NCBI GenBank assembly: GCA_964035545.1
Contig: OZ037766.1
Location: forward strand, 23,610,767-23,674,766
DNA length: 64,000 nt
DNA from: Bugula neritina
Taxonomy: Eukaryota; Animalia; Bryozoa
Direction: 5' to 3'
The notes beneath the pieces are model-generated. The model saw nothing but the letters and a program-made list of their open reading frames with translations. It ran no database searches and was not told where the DNA came from. A program made the position numbers and the translations under genes. Of this stretch, positions 50,936 through 64,000 are shown in pieces (position 1 is the first letter of the stretch; the number at the start of each line of letters is the position of its first letter).

Positions 50936-52011
50936 AAGTGAAATGTTAAATTAAAATACATTGAAAAGCTAAACAATAGCAAAAGAAATTAAAATTTATA
51001 GTAAATATGTAATGAGCTACCACAAAGTTAGTCGTTTGGTCGCTGAACCTTATAACCAAATTATTTAATAATAATATAAATATTATTAATAATATTAATA
51101 ATATTTAATTAGTACTTCAAGATAAATAATTCACTTTCAGATCTGAACACAGATTGAGATTGCCAGAAAGTTTTACCTCATCTGAGGTAATCATTATGAT
51201 TAATATTATGGGGTTACCTATCACTATCACTAGTATCACCTAATTTTATCACTTTTCAGTTTTCTCTTATAACTAATCTATATCATAACAATTTTACATT
51301 AAGAATAATATTATATAATTATAATCATATTATTAGTATTACTATTACTATTACTGATACTATTAGTAAGGCTAAGCGATCAAACTGAAGCGGTTGATTA
51401 ATTTGAATTTCAATATGATGATGAATTTTGAGCTGGTAAAATTTTGATCAATGATTAAATCAATAGTGAGTAAATCGAAATCAAAATGTAATCATCATCA
51501 TTGCAATTACTATTAGCAGTATTGATGTGTACAATACAACCTGACAAAGTCAAGGTGGGTATGAAAAAACTTGTGTACGAAATGACCTGCATCTACCAGT
51601 ATCACTAGTCACTAGGTTTATGACTATTACAATGACAATCACAATGTAATAAATGAATAAGTATAAGTTATATTACATTGCAAACTCAAGTTAATTTTAG
51701 TGTTGTACTTAATCTTTTAGCCTATGGGTTCAGGTCTTTAGGGGTGGGTTTTCTTTTTACTCCTTTCAAAGACAAATGTTATCATTGATTTTTTAAATTT
51801 GTTCATAAAGGCTATCATACTTTTTAATGTTTCTAATCTTACTAAAAGATGGTTGTTTTAACGCGAGCAGTAGTAATCAGATAATATGGTATCAAATATT
51901 AATATCAGTAAAAATTGTAGTCACATGCTTCTATTATAGGCCTATGTCTGGTAAATTAGTAAGTTACTCGTACTACCCTTAATTTTATATCACAGTTTGA
52001 AATAAACAGAA

Positions 52012-52326
52012 TACCTTTTGAAAAACATTGTTTTATCTACAATAGTACATTTTCTAAGCAAAAGCTGGCCAAAATTTACTTCAGCTTGAACTTTTATCTG
52101 CATGTCTGTAGTGTTGTGATTACCCAGTAGTCCAGTGGTGTAATGGTAGCGCGCCAGCTTGCAAGTTGAAGGTCTCGGTTCTAATCAGAGTGGAGGCACC
52201 ACAGGGACTACTGGGCAATCACAACACTACATACATGCAGATAAAATTTCAAGTTAAAATAAAATTTGGTCAACTTTTGCTTAGAAATTGTACTATTGTA
52301 GGTAAAGCAATGTTTTTCAAAAGGTA
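52012..52326. repeat. Foldback element: ~130-bp inverted arms (52012-52140 / 52197-52326) enclosing a tRNA-like loop
   Basis: Arms are about 90% complementary by manual alignment. Confidence 0.9.
52129..52201 (+). pseudogene. tRNA-like pseudogene or SINE head (isotype uncertain)
   Basis: A-box TGGTGTAATGG, D-stem GTGT/GCGC, anticodon-like arm CAGC-TTGCAA-GTTG, T-arm CTCGG-TTCTAAT-CAGAG, 3' TGGAGGC-A-CCA. The acceptor stem is only partly paired. Confidence 0.7.
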
Positions 52327-53479
52327 ATACTTATTTAAATAACTTGAAGTGTACCTGTATTTGTAGAAATGCAATTACTTCGAGTGTTCTCTTTAAACAG
52401 CTTTCACTAGTAGCTTACACTGTTGAGTTAACTAATGCCGGTTCCTGTCAGCTAAAATATCTTATTTTGTTGTAAAGATTCATTGATCTATACGACTGCT
52501 ATATGCAGTTGATGGTACCAGCAGTGTACCCTCATTCAGTTTCATATGTATACCTTGTTAGTCCCACATCTACCTTCTCTGCCTATACATTAACTTTTTG
52601 TTAAACTTGTGGAATAACTGCTTTCTAACCGGCAAATAGACAGAAATATATTTGTCTAATCTACAATATTTTTGTCTAGGAATTGTAAATTATTAAAGCA
52701 TAATCAAAACGATTTACATGTGAACATCTTTAAGGCAGTTACAGTATTAAGATAAAAATGCATGCAATAATTTTATTGCAAATTCATACGAAACAAATTT
52801 GTTAGCTTTATGCTTTAAATTAAATTGTACATAAAATTGAGTTTCTTTAAATATTTCTTCTGCTAGCTTACAAATATGTAACAGAGAGTTTACAATTAAT
52901 ATTTGCTTAAAACATTATGGAGTGCTACCAGGAGTTTGGTGTCGGGATAATGGCCATGATTAATTAAAAAGAATGTTTTTTACAAAATATGATGTGTGGC
53001 TAAATTCAGTAGTAAATTTGCTATAGGCAAATGTCTATGGCTTTATATCGAAAATGTTATATACAAGAATTTTCTTCAATAAATAACAAAAATGGTAATT
53101 GGAATTATTAGTCTTAGACAAATTATTAGAAAGGTATTCTTTTACAAAGTGTCACTCCTTTAATCGTAATGGTCTATTATATGTTATTTTTTAGTGATAA
53201 ATTCCAGTTTGCTCATCTTTAATCATGTTTAATTACCTTAATCTCTTAATAAAGTATTAGACTTAGTTTTTATTGAGGATTCATCAGATTACTGGGTGTA
53301 GTTTACACACCATCAAACTGCTAACTAATATGCCACAAATCCAAGATTATAACTAAGCCTAATAGCTTCTCAGTTTTGCCTGTGCCTTGGTGTATTATCT
53401 ATTAGCTCTGGTAATTCTTGAGAACTTAGTACTGTTGCAGTCTAGTTGACTTATGAGCTTCAGAATAAGGTACTGTTGT

Positions 53480-54010
53480 ACTAGTGCTACTACTACTACT
53501 ACTACTACTACTACTGCTACTACTACTGCTACTACTACTGCTACTACTACTACTACTACTACCACTACTACTACTACTGCTACTACTGCCACTGCTACTA
53601 CTACTACTAATGCTGCTACTACTAATAGTACTGCTACTATCACTACTACCAGTACTGATACTACTACATACTACTACTACATACTACTGCTACATACTAC
53701 TGCTACATACTACTGCTACTACTACTGCTGCTACTGCTGCTACTACTAGTATTACTACTGCTACTACTACTATTACTACTACTACTACTGCTACTACTAC
53801 TGCTACTACTACTACTACTACTACTACTAGTACTACTGCTACTACTACTACTACTACTACTACTACTAGTACTACTGCTACTACTACTGCTACTACTACT
53901 ACTACTACTACTAGTACTACTGCTACTACTACTACTACTACTAGTACTACTGCTACTACTACTGCTACTACTACTACTACTACTACTACTGCTACTACTA
54001 CTACTACTAG

Positions 54011-54064
<54 letters not shown>

Positions 54065-54331
54065 CACTACTACTACTACTGCTACTACTACTAGTATTAC
54101 TACTGCTACTACTACTACTGCTACTACTACTGCTACTACTACCACTACTACTACTACTGCTACTACTACTAGTATTATTACTTCTACTGCTACTACTACT
54201 ACTACTGCTACTGCTACTACTACTGCTACTACTACTACTACTGCTACTACTACTACTAGTACTACTACTAGTACTACTACTGCTACTACTACTACTACTA
54301 CTACTACTGCTACTACTACTACTACTACTAG

Positions 54332-54413
<82 letters not shown>

Positions 54414-54438
54414 GCTACTATTACTGCTACTACTGCTG
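53480..54438. repeat. ~960-bp interrupted (ACT)n microsatellite
   Basis: ACT triplets with GCT/AGT/ATT/ACC variants and phase slips near 53665-53710. Confidence 0.98.
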
Positions 54439-55272
54439 CTTATCTATTATTTATGTTTGTGCAAGTAACTTATTTGCATTTTTCAAAGCTAGCCTATTGT
54501 TGGTAGCTTTTGTCAGTTTCCTATTCACCAAAAGATATGTTGTGTGAACTATTCGGGCGTAGGCATTCAGTAGTATCAATTGTTTGTTATTTGTGATTTT
54601 TCTTGCACTGAGTGACTTGAATTGAAAATTTTTTGAGTTCAGTAGCTGAAAAGTAGAACTTGTCTCATACAATTGTATTGAGCTAGTTTGAATTTTCAAA
54701 AAAGCAAAAAAATGAATGCCTTTTGTCAACTGAGTTTAAAGTTTGTGCTTGATGATTAAGTTTGTGTTACCTACTGTATGTCATATTTACTTATATTGAG
54801 TAATTTCTATCACACCAACATATCTCAGGTTGCCAGTTATTTTGTACTTTCTAAATTCTTTAGTTGCATAATGCTAACTTTACAGGTAACTATTGCTACT
54901 AATATTATAAGTATATGTTATTCAGTAGTGAATTTATATCTACATTTAGTGTTTGCACCTATAAATTAATATAAAATAACTTATGTCACAGTTTTCATTG
55001 TTATTTGGAAATTTTACTGAATATTTTCTATTCTAAACTACCCGTAGACAGCTACTGATATGTTTTATATATTCAGTAAATAAACTAACAGCAACGAGCA
55101 CATGTTGTGAAGTGCCAGTGTTTTGTGTTGTAGAGAGTTAGTGTCACAGTCACAGCTGCATGCATGACACAGCCAGCAAGGTACCCTCTTCAATACTGCA
55201 CCACATAGCTTAGTGCGTAGAGAAGACTAGTAATTCAACCAGTACACAGGGTAGTAAAACTAAGTCAGCATC

Positions 55273-58200
55273 ATGAAGAGGAACACTGTGAGTCTGCTAA
55301 AGTATGTGGCGGCCGCTCTCTGTATCCTCTTATTCGGACCTCACATTTTGAGGAGCCTTATGGGTGAGTCATAGGCAATCAGACTGTGCATAACAATAGC
55401 ATACCTAGGTTTGTGCAATTATTGGCTGAGGCATACGTTAGTGTGGCATTTCATCAGGACACCTGAGTCATTTTCTAACTGGCTTTAGCATCTCTGTACT
55501 AACTTCAGTTCACTGACTTATTTGCTACACGTTTTCTTGGTAATTTATAGTTTTTTAAGTACTTTGCATCCTTGGCCTTAAAGTATGCAAAAGATTATTT
55601 TGGGGCTGATGGAAAACACTTTATAGATCAGAAGTTATACCGAAAGTACAAGGTGCTGACAAAACAGAACTGAAAAATTAAGACACATCTTTTTTATTCC
55701 CAATACTGGCTTAGAACTAATGTGTGCAAACCCTGTAGAACATACTTATATGGCAACATGTTGTTCACTGTTTGTCTACCAAAATCTACTGCATTGTCAA
55801 TGCATGTTTGTATGCTGGGTGGTGTTGTTGTAATGATGCAGTACAATTGAAAGTCTGGTGCTTTCTCTACATTCAGATCGTCTTTTAATGTTTCACAAAC
55901 AATTAGTTATATTAATTTAATTTAATGCTAAAATGCGAGTAAATAATGTTGAAACAAAATATGCTTGTTCTTATTCTACTTAAAAAGTTTGTTATCATAA
56001 AACATGTGCCCAAAATATGTTTAACCCAATTGAACTATTATATTGGCTTTCAAGTAACAAAATACTGTTCTTAAGTTTGTCAAAGTAGGCTGTAGGAGTT
56101 TGTGATTTCAGCTAAAGTATACACCAAACATATGCACGATCAGTGCGCCACTTTTGGTATAAACTTTGTCATAAAAATTCATTATTGTTGACAACATTGT
56201 AAAAGTGTACTATGGCTTAATGAGTGCCAATTGATAATATAGTCGAAGTAGTACTAGTTACTGGTATGTTTATAGTCAGAGATAGACAACTCTTAAAGTC
56301 TACTTCCAACGAATAACTTTTGTTTACCCAACTTCTTGAATAAGCTCAGAGGTTTATGTTTCAAAGTCAGCTGGAATTAGCTCCACCTGTTATTATATTC
56401 AGTGTTCTGATGTTGCAGGTGAGAAAGAGAAGAGTAGATATAGTGACAATGCTATGCCTAGAGCTCCAGATGATATGATAAAAGAACATGGTGATAGTCA
56501 GCCTGTAGTAAAGGTGAGTGGGAGGTGATGTCAGAAGCTCTGAGGGTTTCAATGGTTTGCGGTTGCCTCAAGATGGGCCTTGTTTATACACAAGCATATC
56601 GGCATTGAAATTTACCATAAAATATTGTCTTTTGACGGCCTGTCTTTAGCTATGAATTATAATTTTGCTTGCAAATTAATTTGTGTTTGCTATTGTAGGT
56701 GATCTGTTGTAAATTGATTTTTCTCAATCAACTAGTGTTTCATTTTATTATATTTTATAGTAATTCTAGCTTCTGAGTATAAAGTTATATCGTGGCGTTT
56801 CAATATCGGCATTATGCGCATCTATGAGCCATGCTGAACTTGAATTTAGATATTTCTCAAAATTTCAAGTCCCATTTTCTTAAAATTCAATAATTGCACA
56901 CATCTAATATAATTCAGTTTCTGGTTTCCATAAATATATTTGTAAGAACATGATGCTTTTTATAGTCTCAACTAAAATTTGTGTGTCGAAAGTTTGACTG
57001 CTAGACGCTATTCACATTGAAACGTTTAGCAATTCTTTTGTTAAACCTTTGATGAGATGTTATTTTTTAGTACTGAAATACAGTGAAAAATGAAGAAATT
57101 TTTTTTGGTTTATTTGTAGCGAGAAGTAGCGGAAATGGAACACCGAGACTTACATCTGAAGCAGGAAGTAAGTAATGGTGATGCAATACAGCACCACGGC
57201 GGTATCGGTGTTGTGAATTCGGAGGGTAAGAAGGATTGGCATGACTGGGAGGCTATAGCAAGAGAAGAGCAACGTACAGGTATAGTTATTCTAACACAGT
57301 CTATTACTGCTTTCCATTACTTCGTATTAATGGATGCTCATACGGATGGGTTTGTGGTTGCGGTTTGCATTAACTTATGGCTGTGGTTTCATTCGATGCA
57401 ACTGTTTCCAACCACCCAATGAAAAATCTTTTCACATACGAAACTGGGAAACACAGTGTATTACTGCTATCTGCTTCCACTGTGATCTACATGGGGTACA
57501 CAACTTCACAAGGTGTTGCTAAATGCTTACTTCAAGTCATGTTTTCTAGATTTTAAGGTCGAGTGGCTTACAAAACATACTGTATATAGCACTGTGCAAC
57601 ATTTACATGCGTGTCTGACCACAGATAACATGGAGCCTATTGTGCTGAAGTTGGCTGTTTTAGAGTTGTCTTCTTTGAATATATTGTTTAGACTAATTGC
57701 TTTTATAAACTGTTTAAATCATTGTTTTCTAGCCAATTTGTGTAGATATTTTGCTTTAGTAAATTGTTCAGTTTTGAATGGAATGTTCAATTTAACTGAA
57801 TGCTCTTCAGTATTACTATAGCACTTCAGTGTAAAGATTTCTTTCGCTGAATTCTGGTTATAACTATATCTTCCTACCCTTTATTGTTGTCTTTCTTTCT
57901 TGAATTCATAAAATAGATTCATCATCACCATAACTAGTGTAACTCTCACAGTTTTTATTATCATTTAACACGAGTCTTATAAAACAAAATTATACACCAG
58001 AAAAATAATGTGAGGCAAAACACACTTAAAAGTGAAAGTTTGCAGTTAAACAGTAGCACTATTTACCCTCACTCACTCTAGTCTATCCTTCTGGATAGTA
58101 GCTTATGTAGACTCTCAATGTATTGCTGAGGCAGCAGGCCAGGGGGGTGAAAGGTCAGCGGTGTTGTCTCAAGATTTCTGTGTGTATCTAACAGGTCCTG

Positions 58201-61200
58201 GAGAACAAGGAACAGCCATTATTTTAAATGCTGAAGAGGAAAAGCAGAAAGATAAAATATACAGAGTAAATGGATTTAATGGGTACGCTAGTGACAAGAT
58301 GTCTTTGAATAGAGCTCTTAAAGATATCCGGCATCCCGAGTGAGTCATTGCGTAATCTATACCGTAATCAAAATCTTCCTAACAAACATTTGCTTTATTT
58401 TATAAGTTTTTTGTATTTATCCACTCAAGTTTATACTATTTATGTGCATGTAATCATCTTGTATGGAGATTCTAGGTGAAATAAGACAACCGTCAACTTG
58501 GTGTCACAGATTCCCTTGTAGTTGTGTTACTCTGTTTATTTGTGTGTGAAATTATATTAATTGAGTGCACTGCAAATAAGATTTGCTGTCATTGAAATAG
58601 ATCTTTTGTAAATTGAATATTTCTAGACCTTTTAAAATCAATTAGGCCAAGGTACATATTTCATGTACAATTTAAGTGCTAGAGTGACTTTACAGTCTCT
58701 CACAACTTTGAGATCATATTTTTTCTATTTTACGTTTCTGTCTCATGTTTGTGTTCTATGTTTGTAGTTGTAAGACACAAAAATATGCTGCCAAGCTGCC
58801 CACTGTCAGCGTGGTTGTCCCCTTTCACAATGAACACTGGAGTACTCTTCTGCGGACTGCTGTCAGCGTGCTAAATAGGTCACCACCTGAGTTGTTACAC
58901 GAGGTTATATTGGCTGACGATGCCAGTACCAAAGGTCAGTAGAGGTCATCTCTCAAGTGTGTCTGTTACCTGCTCTAAGTAAAGAGTACGGCAAAGAGTT
59001 CATGTTAGCGCTGCCACTTTCAGAGTTTCTTGGCAAGCCCTTGGAGGATCACCTTGCTAAGAACTACGATGGCAAGGTGAAGGTCGTGAGGGCAAAGAAA
59101 CGAGAAGGTCTCATAAGAACGCGTCTACTTGGAGCTGAACATGCTACTGGAGACGTACTTCTCTTTCTAGATTCTCATTGTGAAGCTAATTTCAATTTCC
59201 TACCTCCATTGTTGGGTGAGTTGTAGCAGTGTTAGATATACTGTAAGCTAACAGGTGTGTTGGCATTATTACCTGGTAATGAAGTGTATTCGCTAGACAG
59301 TCTACCATCACCTAACATATTATGGTGTTGCTAGTTGCTGATTGTCGGAGTTTATTCACTGATGAGTAGATGTAGCATATTCCAAATTACCAGTGGGTAG
59401 AGGATGAATATCTATATAGAGTACAACAGACCAAAGTGTTCAAGTCTGACTAAGCCTCGAAAAGCTATTGTTCCTGTTTACTTTTGAAGACCCAATTGCC
59501 GCTGACCCAAAGACTGTTGTCTGCCCATTCATCGACGTACTGGATTATGAGACATTTCAATACCGAGCCCAGGACGAGGGAGCACGAGGTGCCTTCGACT
59601 GGGAATTCTTTTATAAACGTCTGCCAATCACTGAAGAGGATAAGAAGCATCCTGCTAGACCTTTTGAGTAAGTGCAGTACTGTGGCACCCCACAAACTTT
59701 ACAAAAAACTGTTATTGACAGAAATTTTTCTGTAGGTTTAATATAGCTGCATGCTATAAAAACGTTTATCATCGAAATTGTGAAGCCTAGTATTTTAAGT
59801 GATTCTTGTATCATAACTCTCAAACCAAACCTTTAGAAAATACTATCTCATTTTGTTTTAGTTCTCCAGTCATGGCGGGCGGGCTATTCGCCATTGACAG
59901 GAAATGGTTCTGGGATCTCGGAGGATATGATCCTGGTCTGGATATCTGGGGAGGGGAGCAGTATGAGCTCTCGTTCAAAATCTGGCAGTGTCACGGGCGT
60001 ATGGTAGACGCCCCTTGTTCTCGAATCGGCCATATATATAGGAAGTTTGCTCCTTTCCCTAACCCTGGCATTGGAGATTTTGTTGGCAAGGTTGGTGTTA
60101 AATTATTTCCACAATTTCTTTGTTGGTGTCATGTACTTTAATTGTTGTGCTGCTTTATACAAGATAATTGATACAATATAGAATTCATGTGGCAGTATAT
60201 TTTCTATAATGTGTAATAGGCATGTATTTTGTCAAGATTATTATATTATACATACAATAAATAAGTCATATTACTAGGTTTAGTTTAACCTGCTATATAT
60301 TGACGGTGTTTCCTTTATAGTCATATGTTGTATATTTAGAATTACCGAAGAGTTGCTGAAGTGTGGATGGATGAATATGCAGAGTACTTATATAAAAGAC
60401 GGCCTCATTACAGAAAAATAGGTCAGTGAAACTATTCCCGTATTTCCCATAAGCTTGCAATGTAGCGTAATCTATTTTTTTAGTTCGTTAAACTCAGAAA
60501 TTATCATGTAATATTTGAATTTTTCACTTTTAGTTTATATTTTACTCCTTCATTTTTGTCGGAGAAAAAAATATAAGCTAAAAGTAATAGGCATTTTATA
60601 ATACAATATTTTAATGATAGAATTTTGCGTAGTATCTTTAGTAAAACGCATCTAGCACACAATATATCTAGTTTTAAAGTGTCAATGAAATTTACATTTT
60701 ATGAATGGTTTGAAGTTATCTGTACCAGCCGCCAGTGTTGTTTACCAGCCTCTATTGTTTATTAATTTTTAACAAACTTCATATATTTACTTCACTGCTG
60801 ATAGATGTAATTATTGGAACTGTATTGCATGTATTGCACCTTGTATATGTTTATACAGATACTGGAGATATTTCTGCCCAAAAGGCGATTCGAACTAAAC
60901 ATAACTGCAAACCTTTCAAGTGGTTCATAGAGCACGTGGCCTTTGATCTTAAAGATTATTATCCCCCAGTTGAGCCCGAGCCCTTTGCAACTGGAGAGGT
61001 TAGTCTCTTTTCTAACTCACAGCCTATCTCCAACTGCTGTGTATTTCTAGGTGCCCATTACTACTGTTTTGGGGATTATTGTTTTGTAGAAAGGTGTGTG
61101 TTAACAATAGGTTTACTAATGGTCTTTTGGGCCAACTCTTGTTAATATCCAGATCTATGATAATCGTGAGGTTTTCTAGGTGCCTGTTATTACTATTTTG

Positions 61201-63054
61201 AAGGTTTTTTTCTTGAAAGAGGTTTACTGTTAATCTTTTAAGCCAATTCTTGCTAATATTGAGATTGATTTCTATAACATTGAGGTTTTCAGGTTTGTCT
61301 GCTCGCTATAAGGGAGTATGTGACTCTAAATCAATTACTAGATAAATTATAAGATCTTTAGCTTCTTTTAAATACAGAAGTTTATTCTGATTGAATAGAG
61401 AAACTCCTGTGTTTAAAATATCTGCTCTATTTGTGCCCCTTTAGTATTGAGTTCAAATATTGATGGCTTTAGAATACATGAACTTGTTTTGCGTCAGATC
61501 TGATTTGTCTTCATTATTGATTTCAGCTTTTCAATTTATTTTAATCTTCTCATGTGTTTCATAAAGAAAATATAGTTTTCATGTTTGATACATGGTGGAG
61601 GTCTGACAATGGCATGAAGCCGGTTTCATTTAATCGTATGGCATTATGTAGTGGATATGTAGCATCAGTGAAGATTCAGTCTTGCAATTACTTGCTATAT
61701 CTCAGTATTTGCCTCATTTCAGTAGTTAAGAATTTGCGCCCAGCACTAATAATGTAGTAGTTGATATTTTCATCATTCCTATTAATTTACTTTCAAAATT
61801 TTGAGTATTATAATTATTTTCAATGTAGATTCGAAGCAAAGGAAGTGACTTATGTATTGATACTAAACACAAGGGGCAGTCTGAAAGGTTTGGGCTGTCA
61901 ACATGTTTGAGTGTGAAGCCAGAAGGAGGTGGTGAACAGGTACTTCTAGTTTAAATCACTATCTCTTATCATCTCACACTTCATGTTGTAGTAAACATTC
62001 GGTTTTATATGTTTCAGACTACTGCTATGCTGTCTTTATTTTGTGAGTTTGCTGATTTGTTACCAAGTGAATGTACCACTGAGTGGAAAGCGTATATAAC
62101 ATGTTGGCTATTTCCTGTAGCAATTTGATCTCTCATGGCATAAAGACATCAGAGTTCATGGCCGGACAATGTGCTGGGACGTCTCTACCAGTGTGTTCCA
62201 CGCTCCTATAATTATATTCAATTGTCATGGCATGAAAGGAAACCAGTTCTGGAAATATAACTTGGTGAGAGTTGCATAAGTAAAGTGTTTTTGTATCAGT
62301 CAGTTGGTTGTTTAAGTACTGTTCTCTAACTTGGCAAGAACCCATAAAGCAAGGAATCAAATGCAGTCTAAGTTTTTTATTTCCTAATCACTTTGTACTA
62401 TGCAACTCTAGTGTGCCTGTGGCCTTGTATTGGTGGGGTTAGCTACTAAACTGTAAATACTTTTATAAAAATAGCAAAGCAAACGAGTCAATAGTTACTA
62501 GTTTACTGAAATATGAGCCACACTCAGTTGATGGCTTGAATCTGAGTCTCAGCATTGCTGAAACGTTTGTTTAGGAAAAAAAGTTTGCTGTGGTACACGT
62601 GCTGCAAACTGTTGTAAGTGCAGAATAATTACATGCGATACAGTACAATAATCTATTTGAATATTATGGTTTCAAACCAGATTTGGAATTGTCTTGCCTC
62701 AGCGCTGTTTGTAGCCATATTTAAAACAAATTATTCTGAATACTTGAAATTGTAGCATGATTTCTAAACACTGGAAAGTTACCACCAGCACTAAACATAT
62801 TCCCATGTTTGTTGCTACACTCAGACTATGGGTGTGTATAATATGATTTTGTGTTACCACTCCGTACATTGCTGATGTTGCAGGAGACAAACCAGCTCTA
62901 CCACCAGGTGTCTAACCTCTGTCTGGACTGTAACAGAGACACCAAGGAGCTGTATATGTCTAAATGCGAGGACTCCGTCGTGTCCCAGAAGTGGGAGTTC
63001 ACTAAGATGAACTCTACAGCATTGGCTACCTTGTGGAAAGAAAGGTTACATTAG
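55273..63054 (+). CDS. GALNT10: Polypeptide N-acetylgalactosaminyltransferase, GALNT10/pgant6/gly-10 clade. Exons: 55273-55363, 56419-56513, 57120-57279, 58195-58339, 58768-58934, 59024-59215, 59490-59667, 59862-60090, 60340-60421, 60859-60998, 61829-61939, 62121-62264, 62884-63054
   Basis: Type II signal-anchor [22 protein letters not shown]; KDWHD..GPGEQG; [21 protein letters not shown]; FLDSHCE (DxH); [39 protein letters not shown]; [13 protein letters not shown]; YPPVEP; ricin-type lectin repeats ([23 protein letters not shown]). All phases compatible. Confidence 0.95.
61043..61294. repeat. Old tandem duplication (~130-bp unit, ~2 copies) in a GALNT intron
   Basis: Repeated tttctaggtgcc...tactact/tattact...gccaa(c/t)tcttg...tgaggttttc. 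Confidence 0.65.
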
Positions 63055-64000
63055 TGTAACCATACCATACCTATGTATTATATTATATAACTATACCATT
63101 AGCTATATTTATGCTGCCATAATAATATTGTGGCAAACCACCCGATATATATGTCACAGAAAGTACATGGGGAGACCACTTTCTTATAATGGGGATGTTG
63201 TATAGTCGTGTAGCATAGCTGATGTATACCATACTATGCAATGTTCCATTTCAAGTGATAATAATTTAAATATTTTCTATGTATGATTTAAGCTCTTGAT
63301 GTAATCATTATGTGTTTGAATGCTCATCCTTTAGTCCAGCAGTGAAATTCTTAAATTAAACTAGTGTTCTTCAAGCTCTGCTATTGGTTTAAATTTCTAT
63401 GGAGTATAACTATGACAAGGTTTAGTAACAGTTCGAGGCTTATATAATCATTAATTATATTTAAGTTTATAAAGATGTCTGCCCTTCCTTCATTAGCAAG
63501 CTTATAGAAAACATATCGCACAAGCACAATTCCTAATAAATTTGGTTCTTTTAGGTGTATTTGTTTAAATTTTAAAATATGACCTTATCTTTCATCTATC
63601 TTTTCTTCTGTAACATTTTCTTTCTAACAAGATTCAAATAGAACCAAGTGTTCACATTTTGACATCTACTTGTTTGAAATGTTTTAGTTTGTATGATAAT
63701 ATTACATATATGTATACTGGTATTATGTGGTGGATGCATTGTAACTACAGTACGTCTAGCATTCAGTCTACTAAATAATAAATAAGTGAATTGTTATTAT
63801 TTTTCTGTGATTGCTAAAACATTTCATTATTCAATGTTTTAGCACAAAGCAAAGCAGTCTGATAATTCTTTTAATTATTTGTTTTCCATACAAAAAGTTT
63901 TTCTTTTACTTTTAAAGAGCCAATAAAAAAGATATTTTATGTTTTACAAGTAGCTGTAGATTTTTCTAACTCTCACATATATAATTATGATAATTTTCTG

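Noticed and set aside
52129-52201. Functional tRNA gene
   Set aside because: Acceptor stem incomplete, anticodon loop irregular, T-stem mismatch and no adjacent oligo-T terminator.
53395-54506. Poly-Val, poly-Leu and poly-Thr ORFs as real genes
   Set aside because: They are readings of the (ACT)n microsatellite in several frames and on both strands, with no exon context.
57293-57480. Degenerate direct repeat flanking a weak inverted repeat in a GALNT intron
   Set aside because: Too decayed to define ends; may be an old MITE.

Overview
AT-rich, intron-containing invertebrate (metazoan) nuclear DNA; the species cannot be identified from the sequence. Hand-splicing (GT/GC-AG sites plus phase checks) gives five protein genes. 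(1) The 5' part of CBP/p300 on the - strand, from 8323 off the left edge, with the N-terminal motif, TAZ1 and KIX. (2) PAM16/Tim16 on +, head-to-head with CBP. (3) A divergent M6/PLP-family tetraspan proteolipid on +, 450 aa, with a ~195-aa N-terminal extension and one GC-AG intron. (4) The mitochondrial dicarboxylate carrier SLC25A10/Dic on -, 288 aa. (5) A GALNT10-like polypeptide GalNAc-transferase on +, head-to-head with Dic. Three things stand out. The Dic gene has two tandem, equal-length (121 nt), same-phase homologous exons that must be mutually exclusive, with candidate Rbfox motifs and competing hairpins around them. A 5.2-kb AcademX-type DNA transposon (TTA TSD) in an M6 intron has 1190-bp inverted arms that include the transposase C-terminus. 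A ~320-bp foldback element has a full-length tRNA-like sequence as its loop. There are also MITEs, SINE remnants, minisatellites and a ~960-bp (ACT)n tract. Family assignments come from motif recognition, not database searches.
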